A stretch of DNA of 64,000 nt from Flavobacteriaceae bacterium (GTDB lineage Bacteria > Bacteroidota > Bacteroidia > UKL13-3), in the NCBI GenBank assembly GCA_009693575.1, contig SHWZ01000005.1:8327-72326 (forward strand), given 5' to 3'. How positions within the stretch are numbered: the stretch's first letter is position 1; the number at the start of each line of letters is the position of its first letter. Positions 1 through 9,944 of the stretch are shown one piece after another. A model generated the notes under the pieces. The model was given only the letters and a program-made list of their open reading frames with translations. It had not been told where the DNA came from and made no database searches. Position numbers and translations under genes: made by a program.

Positions 1-2
1 TC

Positions 3-2492
3 CCCATCCCCAAAGTCCCAAAATGAAAGAACGATACTACCACTGCTCACCGAACTGCTATCGGTAAATGCAAAGTTGTTTCCATTTAGGCACTGTGTAG
101 TGGCATTCACACCAAATTTCACTTTCGGCAGTGGATGAACATTGGCAGCCATACTTCCACTATCGATGCAACCGGTGCTGCTCATGGCTTTAAGTTTAAC
201 ACTAAAGTTTCCATCAGCAGTGTAGCTATGAGATGTGTTCTGATTTGTATCTGTTACTCCATCTCCAAAATCCCACCACCATTTGGTGATAGAGCCGCTG
301 TTCACTTTGCTACTATCCGTAAATGTGAAGCTATTTCCTAAGAAACACTGGTGGCTATTATCAATGGTGAAAGAAATTGCTGGGCCTGATTCAACATATA
401 TCTTCACTGAATCATAGGTAAAGCAACCGCCAACAGCAAACACATAAAGTTTTACATTGTACGTTCCAGAGGCAGTATAGGTGTGAGAAACACTCAATGC
501 TGTGTCGAAGGTATTATCTCCAAAGTCCCACAAGCGAATAAAAACTGCACCTGTGCTGCTATCACTGAAGGTGAAATTTTGACTACTAAAACATGCACTT
601 GTAGTACCATATTTTAGATTCACTTGCGGGGCTGTTCCCGAAATAACTGTTGTTATAGAACTCGTGTCAGCACAATAGCCACCTGATACTACGGCACGGT
701 AATCTCCGCCAGTAGTGGCCAAAAAGCTGGCATGGTTTGCTCCATTTATGTCCACACCATACACTTGCCACTGCACTATATTTTCATACTCCGCCTTCAC
801 TCCATTGAATGTTGAACTAATGACTGCTCCTGTTTGTAGATCGATATAAACCTCGTTTCCACTGCTGTCCTTTCCGTCTTTTGTTCCATCTTCATTTCTG
901 AATATCATACCAATGTATTTGGCAGGGTAGCCATAGCCAAGGCTGTAGAATGAGGGCACATCAAGAGTGATGCTCCACATATTGTTGCCTAGCGAATCCA
1001 TCTGACCAATGCCATCATCCTGGCCATAGTTACCGACGGTATTCACCCAGTTTGAGCCTACGGAATTAGTATCTGTAACTCCACTATGGATGTACACCTT
1101 GTTTGCTCCGCTTAGGGTGCTTTGTCCAAGGGTTGCATCATATATGATGGTTAACATGTTTTTATGATAGTTGGCCGAAGTCGAATCAACCCAAAGACCT
1201 ACTGAGCCCCCGCCACATATAGTAGTGCTGCCACCTGCTATCACGGTAGTAGTTGGGAGTGGTCTGATGGTTAATATTTGATCACTCGTCGGTCCTATAA
1301 GTACAGGGTTTGTGGAAACTGTTCTCAACTGGTAATTATTGCCAATGGGTAAGTTATTGGGTAGTTTCACAGTATATCCAGTGCTTTGATATGCTGATAT
1401 TGTTCCGAGCGAGGTAGCATTGACAAAACTGCCCGACGAATCTGAAATGTACATTTCGAACGTGTTGTTTGTTTCAAGGCTGTCATTGGTCACAATGTTG
1501 GCCGATAGGATGGAGCCACTGCACCAAACTGTGGAGTTCACCTTCGTCCAGATATTGAGGGTATCGTATATCCAGATATTGGATAACAGGCTATTGAGTG
1601 AGTCGCCCATTAGCACATAACCTCTTCCTTTTATACCAAATGAAGCAGCGAAACGAGTAGTACCAGGAAAGTCAGTCATTTTTATCCAAAAAGTCGTTGT
1701 GGTATCTAAGCGGTAGCAGTCGTTGAGGTGACCAGTATCTGACCCTGCCGTCACAAAGGCATATGGCCCCAACACAAAACCAGCAGCACCATTGCGTGCA
1801 CTTCCAGGGAATGAGGTAATTCCACCCCAAGAATCGGTTGCAGGGTCATATTTGTAAAATTCGGAATGGTAATTATTTCCATCATAGCCTAGACCTACAT
1901 AACATTTGTCGCCGATGGCAAAACCAACCGGATAATTAACCGTACCGCCTATAAAATTTGATTTAATTGTCCATGTATCGCTAGTTGGGTTGTATTCGTA
2001 CCAGTCGTCGAAATAATTGGATCCATTCCAACCTAGCCCGGCATATCCTATCCCATTGTTCGACATTCCTATGCCGCCCATCCTAGCTCCGCCTGGGAAG
2101 GCAGACTTAAAAGACCATGCATTTCCTCCAATATCATATTTATAGAAATCATCATAATAAATTCCCATGGAGTCCTTTCCTGCACCAATATAAGCGTTTA
2201 GCCCAATGGCAAATCCGAAGCAGCCCCAACGTGCCTTACCAATGAAATTTGCCATTTGAGTCCAGGTGCCGCTGTCGGGATTGAAACGCCAGAAGTCTTT
2301 GGTGCCTTGCTGTGTAGAAGTGTCAATAATCCCAGTACCTACATAGGCATAATTTCCAATTGCTAAACTTATGGAATATGAGCGGGCACTTACTGTAGTA
2401 ATTTTTCCGCTGGTCCAGTAGCCTTGTGCCTTCAAGTTTGGAATTGCGAAGCACACAAGTGCCGCAACGATAAGTAATGATTTTTTGTGCAT
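3..2492 (-). CDS. Secreted Kelch-repeat + PKD-domain protein (3' end runs off the window)
   Basis: Absent from the ORF track. ATG at 2492 gives MHKKSLLIVAALVCFAIPNLKAQ (signal peptide), followed by Kelch-like repeats (AYVGTG..DFWRFNPDSGTW, CYVGLGYDG..EFYKYDPATDSW). The PKD motif WDFGDG at 3-20 is in the same frame. Confidence 0.88.
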   Translation of the reverse strand, partial: MHKKSLLIVAALVCFAIPNLKAQGYWTSGKITTVSARSYSISLAIGNYAYVGTGIIDTSTQQGTKDFWRFNPDSGTWTQMANFIGKARWGCFGFAIGLNAYIGAGKDSMGIYYDDFYKYDIGGNAWSFKSAFPGGARMGGIGMSNNGIGYAGLGWNGSNYFDDWYEYNPTSDTWTIKSNFIGGTVNYPVGFAIGDKCYVGLGYDGNNYHSEFYKYDPATDSWGGITSFPGSARNGAAGFVLGPYAFVTAGSDTGHLNDCYRLDTTTTFWIKMTDFPGTTRFAASFGIKGRGYVLMGDSLNSLLSNIWIYDTLNIWTKVNSTVWCSGSILSANIVTNDSLETNNTFEMYISDSSGSFVNATSLGTISAYQSTGYTVKLPNNLPIGNNYQLRTVSTNPVLIGPTSDQILTIRPLPTTTVIAGGSTTICGGGSVGLWVDSTSANYHKNMLTIIYDATLGQSTLSGANKVYIHSGVTDTNSVGSNWVNTVGNYGQDDGIGQMDSLGNNMWSITLDVPSFYSLGYGYPAKYIGMIFRNEDGTKDGKDSSGNEVYIDLQTGAVISSTFNGVKAEYENIVQWQVYGVDINGANHASFLATTGGDYRAVVSGGYCADTSSITTVISGTAPQVNLKYGTTSACFSSQNFTFSDSSTGAVFIRLWDFGDNTFDTALSVSHTYTASGTYNVKLYVFAVGGCFTYDSVKIYVESGPAISFTIDNSHQCFLGNSFTFTDSSKVNSGSITKWWWDFGDGVTDTNQNTSHSYTADGNFSVKLKAMSSTGCIDSGSMAANVHPLPKVKFGVNATTQCLNGNNFAFTDSSSVSSGSIVLSFWDFGDG

Positions 2493-2681
2493 TGTTTTTT
2501 GGTTTTGAGGGTGCGAAGTTGGCCTTGATTCATGTATTTTACAAGGTTTATTTTATTAATATACAAAGGAAGACGAATGATTATGCTTGAAATTACTATC
2601 CCAATTGGATTGAAAAACCACGAATAGCCTAGCTGATACAACTTGATTCAATCACCATATATTTCGCTTAAGATTCAAAAT

Positions 2682-5273
2682 CTACCTATCCCAGTTCTCC
2701 CTGCGTTTGTTAAGTTTTAAATCCTGAAGCAAAGCACTTTTAGCTTTTATAGAAAACATGTACCGCTGCACAGGGCCCACAGGCACCCAACTGAAGTTCA
2801 TCTCCCAACAGTGTAGGTCACGGTGGATTGTTATTTCGGTGGTGGTAAGGTTTCTGTTTTCAATGTCATAGCCACTGCTGAGCCCCAGCTTCCACTTTTG
2901 TGTTAGTGTCAATTCTCCACGAAATTGGACGTTCTGCTGCATGGTTTTCGGTAGGCCAGGAGTTTGGTTGTAATACAAAATATAGTTGATGCTCAGGGTC
3001 CACGGTATCTCAAAATTTACATAGTCAATGGGGTTAGCCTCTACCATTTCCCGCTCTGTTTCGCTGCCATAATCACTTACCTTTTTGGCTTTCTTAAATT
3101 CCTGACTATTGAAAGAAGTGCCCATCGAAAGGTTGGCTGCTGTCATATTTCCCGCATGCCATTTGTGCTTCTTGAAAAGCAGTGTATCCGTCCGTCTTCC
3201 TCCAATATATTGGTAGGGGTCGGCCTGCCCACCAAAGGCCAGCGACACCTTTTTGAAGAGAGTTGTGCTGCCGCTCATAGTCATGTTCGACAACTTGTTT
3301 TTGGCTGCTAAAAAATTATAGTTACCATTAAAATTCAGGTTGTCAATGATGCTCATTTTCTCTACCGTTCGGGCAGTGTCATTTGTCTTCTTTTTATATT
3401 TCAATTCAAAATTATTCCCAATATTGTAGCCAATGCTACCCACTGCCCCGCTACTGGTGCCACCCACGGGCGAGCCTTCATATATATAGTAACGCTCAGG
3501 ATATTTCAGGCTCGAATCCTTTCGGTAAAATTCGTAGAAGCCATATTTGTCGCCACCAAAGTCAGGAGTATAGTTAAGACTTAGGCTGGGTGTGATGGTA
3601 TGCCGCAATGCCATCAGATTGAATTTATTTATATTAAAAAAACCAAACACCCGTGTACTCAATTGTGCAGAAGCTCCATACTGATAAGCACGGCCAAAAG
3701 CTGGTTGAGAATTGCTCAATACCTTACCTGAATTGAGGTCGTATTGCTTTTCTATTTTCTGCGAATACCACCATTCGTTATAGTTGAGCGAAGGTGTTAG
3801 AAAAAAGTATTTCAGGACTTTCACCTGCGGTAATTGAATGGGAATATTGTGCGAAATGCCATTTTTCATACTGTCGGCAATGGTGGGACTCAGCAGATTT
3901 TCATCCTTGACGTTTATCTGATTCAACAAATGACTATTATAGCCAATGCGAATATTTTCATACCAACGCAGCTCGCCCACTTGCACTTTTCGGGCAAATG
4001 GCGAAAAGCTATTCACGTTGAACGCCACATCAGGCAGCGACAGCGAAACATCACGGGTTTGTGTGTTCTGCGAATGGCGGAGAGCGGCAGTCAAACTATA
4101 TCTTCCTTTGCCAAATACTTTCCCGTAATTCACGTTGCTAGCAAGTGTGTTTTGGGTAATGTCGTTGAAGCCAAGCCCAGGCACAGTGCGGTTGTAGCTG
4201 CTGCTTTGTGCGTTTATGTTCAGATTGAAAGTAGTCCCCGGCTTGGCCTTAGCATTCACATTGTGTAGCCAACTGATTCGAAACGATTTGTTCTGTTGAA
4301 ACTCACTCGGCACATCTTTGTCTCCAGTGAAGAGATTATTATATTCGAAATTAAAATTGCCACTAAACTTATACAGCTTCACATATTGCGAAGCCACCCT
4401 GCCGCCCCAGCTACCATTGGCATATATATCGCTCATCAGTTTCAAATCCATAAAATGCCCCAAAGGAAGGTAGTAGCCAGCCCCACGCAAAAAGTGGCCA
4501 TAGCCCAGCGAATAGCCGTATGTAGGAATGATAATCCCCCGCTTCTGCCCTTGCATAAGCGGGAAGAAGGCAAAGGGAATGAAAGCTGGAGTAGGCACAT
4601 CAAGCACCATCAACTGGGCAGGGCCACTCACTATCTGTTTCTTGGGTATAATCTTCAACTTCTTTACCCGGATATGAAAGTGTGGGTTCAGTGTGTCAAT
4701 ACAAGTACTGTAGCGGGCATTTTGGCCATAAAGGTTGTCATCGGGGTCTTTCTTTACTTCTTCGCAATACACAATGCCGTCGCCCTCCTTGGTCGCCAGT
4801 CCGCTTATCCGTCCTCTTTTTGTTTTAAAATTGTAGGCAAGTTTATCGGATATATAGCTTTTATCGCCATCCTTAAAATCGGGTTTGCCGTAAGCCCGGC
4901 CGAGGCTGTCGGTCATTGGGAAGGCATGCAGGGTATTGTCGCTGAAATTGATTTTGGCGTAGGCCGACTTCAACTGTATTTGTTCATAATTCATGTTTGC
5001 ATTGCCCCACAGATGCACCGTTTTGCCGGGCAGATCAAAATAGATGGAGTCACTTGCAGTATAACTTACTTTGCTTTTCAGGGCATCCTTCCCAACGCGT
5101 AGAGAGTCGCTCTCAGCAAGGCATAAAGCAGTATCCGACTTCAACGAATCTGTTTGTGCATTTCCCAACAACGGACACAATAAAAGACAACCGAACAACG
5201 TTACGGGGATAAAAAACTGCCGACTTTGACTCTTGGCCGAATTATTGAAAATACTTTTGCGTTTTATATCCAA
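2682..5273 (-). CDS. lptD: Putative LPS assembly protein LptD (OstA-like N-terminus + beta-barrel)
   Basis: Bacteroidota LptD-like motifs KLAYNFKTKRG and IHRDLHCWEMNFSWVP...SALLQDLK. Start set to TTG 5273 by inference from a promoter at 5295-5302; the track start at 5555 overlaps the amidase. Confidence 0.85.
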   Translation of the reverse strand: MDIKRKSIFNNSAKSQSRQFFIPVTLFGCLLLCPLLGNAQTDSLKSDTALCLAESDSLRVGKDALKSKVSYTASDSIYFDLPGKTVHLWGNANMNYEQIQLKSAYAKINFSDNTLHAFPMTDSLGRAYGKPDFKDGDKSYISDKLAYNFKTKRGRISGLATKEGDGIVYCEEVKKDPDDNLYGQNARYSTCIDTLNPHFHIRVKKLKIIPKKQIVSGPAQLMVLDVPTPAFIPFAFFPLMQGQKRGIIIPTYGYSLGYGHFLRGAGYYLPLGHFMDLKLMSDIYANGSWGGRVASQYVKLYKFSGNFNFEYNNLFTGDKDVPSEFQQNKSFRISWLHNVNAKAKPGTTFNLNINAQSSSYNRTVPGLGFNDITQNTLASNVNYGKVFGKGRYSLTAALRHSQNTQTRDVSLSLPDVAFNVNSFSPFARKVQVGELRWYENIRIGYNSHLLNQINVKDENLLSPTIADSMKNGISHNIPIQLPQVKVLKYFFLTPSLNYNEWWYSQKIEKQYDLNSGKVLSNSQPAFGRAYQYGASAQLSTRVFGFFNINKFNLMALRHTITPSLSLNYTPDFGGDKYGFYEFYRKDSSLKYPERYYIYEGSPVGGTSSGAVGSIGYNIGNNFELKYKKKTNDTARTVEKMSIIDNLNFNGNYNFLAAKNKLSNMTMSGSTTLFKKVSLAFGGQADPYQYIGGRRTDTLLFKKHKWHAGNMTAANLSMGTSFNSQEFKKAKKVSDYGSETEREMVEANPIDYVNFEIPWTLSINYILYYNQTPGLPKTMQQNVQFRGELTLTQKWKLGLSSGYDIENRNLTTTEITIHRDLHCWEMNFSWVPVGPVQRYMFSIKAKSALLQDLKLNKRRENWDR

Positions 5274-5302
5274 AACAGATTCCTGATGAAGTTGCGAAAT
5301 TA
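5252..5302. promoter_or_regulatory. Overlapping divergent Bacteroidota -7 promoter elements (amidase +, lptD -)
   Basis: TACTTTTG at 5252-5259 (+) and TAATTTCG at 5295-5302 (-) match the TAnnTTTG consensus or its TAnnTTCG variant. Confidence 0.55.
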
Positions 5303-6062
5303 CAGATTTATTATCCCCCTCACCGCCATTGCTGTGTTTTTGTGCGTTTCTTTCAAAAATCCGAAAGCAATAATAAAGACAATAGTGATTGATGCCGGCC
5401 ACGGAGGCCACGATGTAGGATGCCATTACGGTGGCAAAAACGAAAAGGACATTACCCTGAAGGTGTCGCTGTTGCTGGGTCAGATGCTGCGAGACAGCTT
5501 TCCTGAGGTCGGGGTGATATTCACCCGAAGTAGCGATAGTTTCGTGGAGCTTCATGAAAGAGCGAACATTGCTAACAGAAATAATGCCGACTTTTTCATT
5601 TCAGTACATGTGAACGCAAGCACAAGTACAACAGCCTACGGCACAGAGACCTATGCTATGGGTTTGCATAAAACAGAAGGTAACTTGGCCGTAGCCAAAC
5701 GCGAAAACGAATCTGCTTTGTTGGAGAGCAACTACCAAAGCAACTACGATGGCTTCGACCCCAACAGCCCCGAGGGGAGTATTATTTTTACGATGTTCCA
5801 AAGCCAGTTTCTAAACCAAAGCCTGAAATTGGCCAGCAATGTGGAGCAAGAATTTAAGAAGACAAACCGTTATAGTCGTGGGGTAAAACAAGCTGGCTTT
5901 CTGGTACTTTGGAAAACTTCCATGCCTAGCATATTGGTGGAAACAGGCTACCTTAGCAATGCCATCGAACGTAAATTCCTAACTTCAGAAGACGGTCAAA
6001 TGGCAACTGCCCTATCCATTTTTGAGGCATTCAAGCAATACAAAAAAGATGCAGAGAAATAA
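5286..6062 (+). CDS. N-acetylmuramoyl-L-alanine amidase (Amidase_3)
   Basis: IVIDAGHGGHD, EKDITL, FISVHVN and SILVETGY motifs; start moved to ATG 5286. Confidence 0.95.
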   Translation: MKLRNYRFIIPLTAIAVFLCVSFKNPKAIIKTIVIDAGHGGHDVGCHYGGKNEKDITLKVSLLLGQMLRDSFPEVGVIFTRSSDSFVELHERANIANRNNADFFISVHVNASTSTTAYGTETYAMGLHKTEGNLAVAKRENESALLESNYQSNYDGFDPNSPEGSIIFTMFQSQFLNQSLKLASNVEQEFKKTNRYSRGVKQAGFLVLWKTSMPSILVETGYLSNAIERKFLTSEDGQMATALSIFEAFKQYKKDAEK

Positions 6063-6092
6063 ATTAGCGAAAATTTCGTCAACGTTTTACAA

Positions 6093-7466
6093 ATGACTTA
6101 TAGAATCAACGCTGTCTTTGCCATTCTATTTTTAGGGATTTCCGTTCCGCCTTTTGCCCAGTCTATTCATCCTAAGTTTGACCAACGCATATTCGATAAC
6201 CTTAAGAAAAACGGGCAGTTATTGGAAGGTCTTTTCAAAACATACGAGTTAAAACAGGTGGCAATAGCAAAGGTAAAAAATGCCATCGTCCTTGAAAACG
6301 GCTACGCCATGAGCAAGCTGAAAAATCCAGGAGATTGGCTGCGGATGCGGGAAGTTTATCAAGCTACACAGGTAGATTTGGTTTATACCAAATATCCCGT
6401 TGACAAAGAATTTTGGCTTACTGATTACCACGAATTGCTTGTGAAACGACTGGCTGAATTGTTCAAAGCCGATTCTTCACTGAACGACAACCGAATCAAA
6501 TGGAACCTGATACTTCAAACAGCTTGTGAAACTCAAGATGAGGCGAAAGCCATGTTTCATGGGTTTGTGATTAAATACGAAAAACGCAAAAAACCTATTG
6601 TGCTAAAGCCCGATGTGGCCATGACTCCATCAGAAAAAATTGACCGCTACTTGGTGGAGGTAGGAGGCATCAATGATTCACTTGTTTACAATACATTCGA
6701 CCAGCACAAAGCATGGACAAACGCCATGGTGGTAATGGATATGACGGGAAGCATGTACCAATACTCTCCTCAGGTGCTGCTGTGGCATATCAAAAATTCA
6801 GAACGAAGCGGCATCAAATTTTTCTGCTACTTCAACGATGGCGACAAAAAAGCGGAAGTAGATAAAAAGATAGGCGAAACGGGGGGAATCTATTTTGAGG
6901 ATGCGAACAAACCGGAGAAATTGGCAAAACTGCTGTATAAAGTGATGAAGGCCGGCTACGGTGGCGAAACCTTGGACGAAAACGACTTTGAAGCCATCAT
7001 AGCTGCAGAAAAAGAATACGCAGGCAAGTTTGAAAACCTAATCTTGGTGGCAGACAACACTGGTATCCGCGACTTTGAACTGATTGACAAAATAAAAAAC
7101 CCTATACGGGTGGTGCTTGTTGGCTGCGAATGGGGAATAAATGTGCAGTACATAAACCTGGCTTACCGAACGGGTGGCTCACTGTACACTATCAACGACG
7201 ATGTGACCGACATACTTACCAAAGTAAACGAAAAGAGGATCTTAGAAGTCAATGGCAACAAATACAAACTCAATAAACGCATCAACCTATTTGAATGCTA
7301 CGACGAAGAATATTGCCAGTACCAATTTCAGCAAGAAGAGCTGGCTGAGGGCAAAACCATTTCCTCCCTCAAATCCTCACCTGTTGGAAAGAAGATGTTC
7401 AAAGGCGTTAAAGGGCAGAAGCTCCCGAGCAAAAAGAAAAAAAAGAAATGGAATAGGGGGTATTGA
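6093..7466 (+). CDS. Secreted hypothetical protein with VWA-like domain
   Basis: Signal peptide, MIDAS-like VVMDMTGSM, END.EA..ILVADN, Lys-rich tail. Confidence 0.75.
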   Translation: MTYRINAVFAILFLGISVPPFAQSIHPKFDQRIFDNLKKNGQLLEGLFKTYELKQVAIAKVKNAIVLENGYAMSKLKNPGDWLRMREVYQATQVDLVYTKYPVDKEFWLTDYHELLVKRLAELFKADSSLNDNRIKWNLILQTACETQDEAKAMFHGFVIKYEKRKKPIVLKPDVAMTPSEKIDRYLVEVGGINDSLVYNTFDQHKAWTNAMVVMDMTGSMYQYSPQVLLWHIKNSERSGIKFFCYFNDGDKKAEVDKKIGETGGIYFEDANKPEKLAKLLYKVMKAGYGGETLDENDFEAIIAAEKEYAGKFENLILVADNTGIRDFELIDKIKNPIRVVLVGCEWGINVQYINLAYRTGGSLYTINDDVTDILTKVNEKRILEVNGNKYKLNKRINLFECYDEEYCQYQFQQEELAEGKTISSLKSSPVGKKMFKGVKGQKLPSKKKKKKWNRGY

Positions 7467-7539
7467 GGCTCACACCCAACCTCTGCCCGAGATATTTTTC
7501 CTTGTTCAGCATTGTAAATGTTGATTTTGTATAGGTTAA

Positions 7540-9060
7540 CTAAAGACTCTCTTTCCCCACAAATTGCTCCCAATCATCCTTTATTGAACCTTTTAGCACC
7601 CGTGGGAATTTGATTTGCCCTCCTTGTTTTCCTTTCAAGGCAAGAAACTCATTGAATTTTTCATTGGGTAGAAAGGTAAGGAAAATATAGGGGAGTGCGT
7701 GTTTGCGTTCAACAGCGTAGTCATCGTTCAGTTCGCAGATGCGTTGGTCAAGAAATTGCTTGAAAGTCTCCTTATCTACAAGCCTATCAGTGCCCACATA
7801 CCAGTGGTGAGCGTGTCGACCTTCATGGGTGTGGCCTATCACCGTATACTCATTGCTGATAATCCCAAACTTTTTGCAAGTATCGATCAACGCGGCATTC
7901 ATGTTGTCAACGGAAAGATGTTCGCCACAAAGACTGAGATAATGCTTGGTACGTCCGATTATTTTTATTTCAAATTTGGTGGTGTTAAGAAACTCAATGA
8001 CATCGCCAATGAAATATCGCCAAGCCCCAGAGCAGGTACTTATCAGCAGGGCATATTCAACATTGGGCTTCACATCTTTTATAGTCAAAAAATGAGCGTT
8101 GGCAAGCAGGTTTCCATCTGCATCGAAGTTATTCTCATCAAATGGTACAAATTCGTAAAATACCCCAGTGTTCAGTATCATTTTCATACCGGGGGCGTCG
8201 GGCTTGGTTTGGTAAGCAAAATACCCTTCGGAGGCCAAATAAGAATCCCAATAAGTAATCGGCTTGCCGCAGAGTTTATTCAGACTGTCTTTGTATGGGC
8301 TGATGGAAACGCCACCATGCACATACACCATAAAGTTAGGCCATATATCGTGGATATGGTTCAGGTCATATTCTTTGATAATGCGTTCCAATAGAATCTG
8401 AATCCAGGCAGGCACTCCGGCTATGATTCCAACATCCCAGCGGGGGGCATTTTTCACTATTTCGTCCAGTTTCTCTGCCCAGTTTTTCGTCCTGCGAATT
8501 GCTGGTTCGGGTTTAGTGAATGGTTCGTACCAAAATGGGACATGGCTTGTGGTAATTCCGCTGAGGTCACCACTATAATTTGTGCCATTAAAATTGAGGT
8601 CGGTGCTGCCACCAACCACGAGGCTATGTTTGGCAAAACAATCTTTTGGTATGGCTTTGCATCGCCCCGCTGCCACCACTTGCTTTATACTTGCCCGGCG
8701 GATAGCTTTGATGGTTTGCGAAGTGACAGGTATGTATTTACTTGACCCCTCAGAAGTGCCTGAACTAAGTGCAAAAAACTTAATATTTCCAGGCCAGGTC
8801 ACCGATTTCTCACCATCAAAAGCACGCTGCCACCAAGGGTGCATCTTTTCGTAGTCGTGCCAAGGCACTAGCTTTTGGTATTCTTGAACCACATGGTCGC
8901 TAAACACGATGTCGCTGAAATGGTATTCTTGACCAAAAGCTGTATTACCGGCCTTTAGAAGTAGCCGTTTAAGCACCTTCATTTGGGTGGCCTGTGCCCG
9001 AGCTGCGGCCGAAACACGGCGAAGGAGTGGGGATTTTACAATATCTGAAAGCAGGCTCAT
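7540..9060 (-). CDS. GH3 auxin-responsive promoter family protein (acyl-adenylate ligase fold)
   Basis: FALSSGTSEGSSKYIP, YLASEG and KQGGQIKFPRV motifs. Confidence 0.93.
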   Translation of the reverse strand: MSLLSDIVKSPLLRRVSAAARAQATQMKVLKRLLLKAGNTAFGQEYHFSDIVFSDHVVQEYQKLVPWHDYEKMHPWWQRAFDGEKSVTWPGNIKFFALSSGTSEGSSKYIPVTSQTIKAIRRASIKQVVAAGRCKAIPKDCFAKHSLVVGGSTDLNFNGTNYSGDLSGITTSHVPFWYEPFTKPEPAIRRTKNWAEKLDEIVKNAPRWDVGIIAGVPAWIQILLERIIKEYDLNHIHDIWPNFMVYVHGGVSISPYKDSLNKLCGKPITYWDSYLASEGYFAYQTKPDAPGMKMILNTGVFYEFVPFDENNFDADGNLLANAHFLTIKDVKPNVEYALLISTCSGAWRYFIGDVIEFLNTTKFEIKIIGRTKHYLSLCGEHLSVDNMNAALIDTCKKFGIISNEYTVIGHTHEGRHAHHWYVGTDRLVDKETFKQFLDQRICELNDDYAVERKHALPYIFLTFLPNEKFNEFLALKGKQGGQIKFPRVLKGSIKDDWEQFVGKESL

Positions 9061-9111
9061 GGTGCAATATTAAACAAACTTTTGGCGTATTGCAACTGCC
9101 AGCGGAATACA

Positions 9112-9813
9112 CTACTTTTTGCTGCCAAACAGCAGGCCGATATTGAGCCCCCCCGAGTACAAGTAGCTATTTAGGTTATCGGTGCGGAATGAGTTAATGG
9201 ATTTGCTAAAATTAGTTTCCACCCGCAGGAAGCAGCGTTTCATCAACTGAAAATCGGCACCGACCGAAAACATTGTGTTGAAAAGAAGCACGTGGTAAAG
9301 ATTTTTGTTTATTTCGGTTTTGAATGTACTTGTTTGACCTTTGCTGGTCATTGCTGATTCCACAAAAGCATCCAAAAGGTAGTTGGTAGTGACACCTGCA
9401 GTAACGAACAAGGAGCTTTTGGATCGAGTGAAATGCAGCCTCAACTTGAGCGGGATACAAAGGAAGTTGTAAAGCGAGACCTCATTTAACCTGCCAAAAG
9501 CAATACCCCCCATAGGGTTTATTGTATCTCTAGAAGTCTGCTCTCCTTTTCGAGAATAATTGAGCCCTGTTTCAAACCCAAAAATTCCAAGAAGTTTCTT
9601 TTGAAAAACCACACCTGAAGTGAAGCCTAAAAAAGCTCTATCTTGACTATTTTTATTTTTCATCAAGGCATAACTCGAAGTATCTGAAGTTGTAAGAATT
9701 CGAAAGGAATAATCGGGCGAAAAAGTGCCGCCAATCAATAGTTTTCGGTTGCTCTGAGCACTGATTGTAAGAATTGCAAAAGCAAAAAATGGAAGTAAAA
9801 TTATTTTTCTCAT
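9112..9813 (-). CDS. Outer-membrane beta-barrel protein (PorT/OMP_b-brl-like)
   Basis: Signal peptide from ATG 9813 (MRKIILL); FETGLNYSRKG, FLCIPLKL and amphipathic strands. Confidence 0.75.
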   Translation of the reverse strand: MRKIILLPFFAFAILTISAQSNRKLLIGGTFSPDYSFRILTTSDTSSYALMKNKNSQDRAFLGFTSGVVFQKKLLGIFGFETGLNYSRKGEQTSRDTINPMGGIAFGRLNEVSLYNFLCIPLKLRLHFTRSKSSLFVTAGVTTNYLLDAFVESAMTSKGQTSTFKTEINKNLYHVLLFNTMFSVGADFQLMKRCFLRVETNFSKSINSFRTDNLNSYLYSGGLNIGLLFGSKK

Positions 9814-9944
9814 TGGTAGAACAAAGGTAGAATAAGATATCGTTTGTAAAAATAGTTTTTTTATAAACAAACCAATTAGACTTATTAGTTAAGAAGCAAA
9901 AAAAGGACAGTTACACTTCACCTAATTTCGCAGCCAAAAATAGC

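Noticed and set aside
4296-5102. 268-aa plus-strand ORF
   Set aside because: Antisense shadow of lptD with no recognisable motifs.
5274-5555. N-terminal extension of the 957-aa LptD ORF
   Set aside because: It is antisense to the amidase coding region. The signal peptide and promoter point to a start near 5273.
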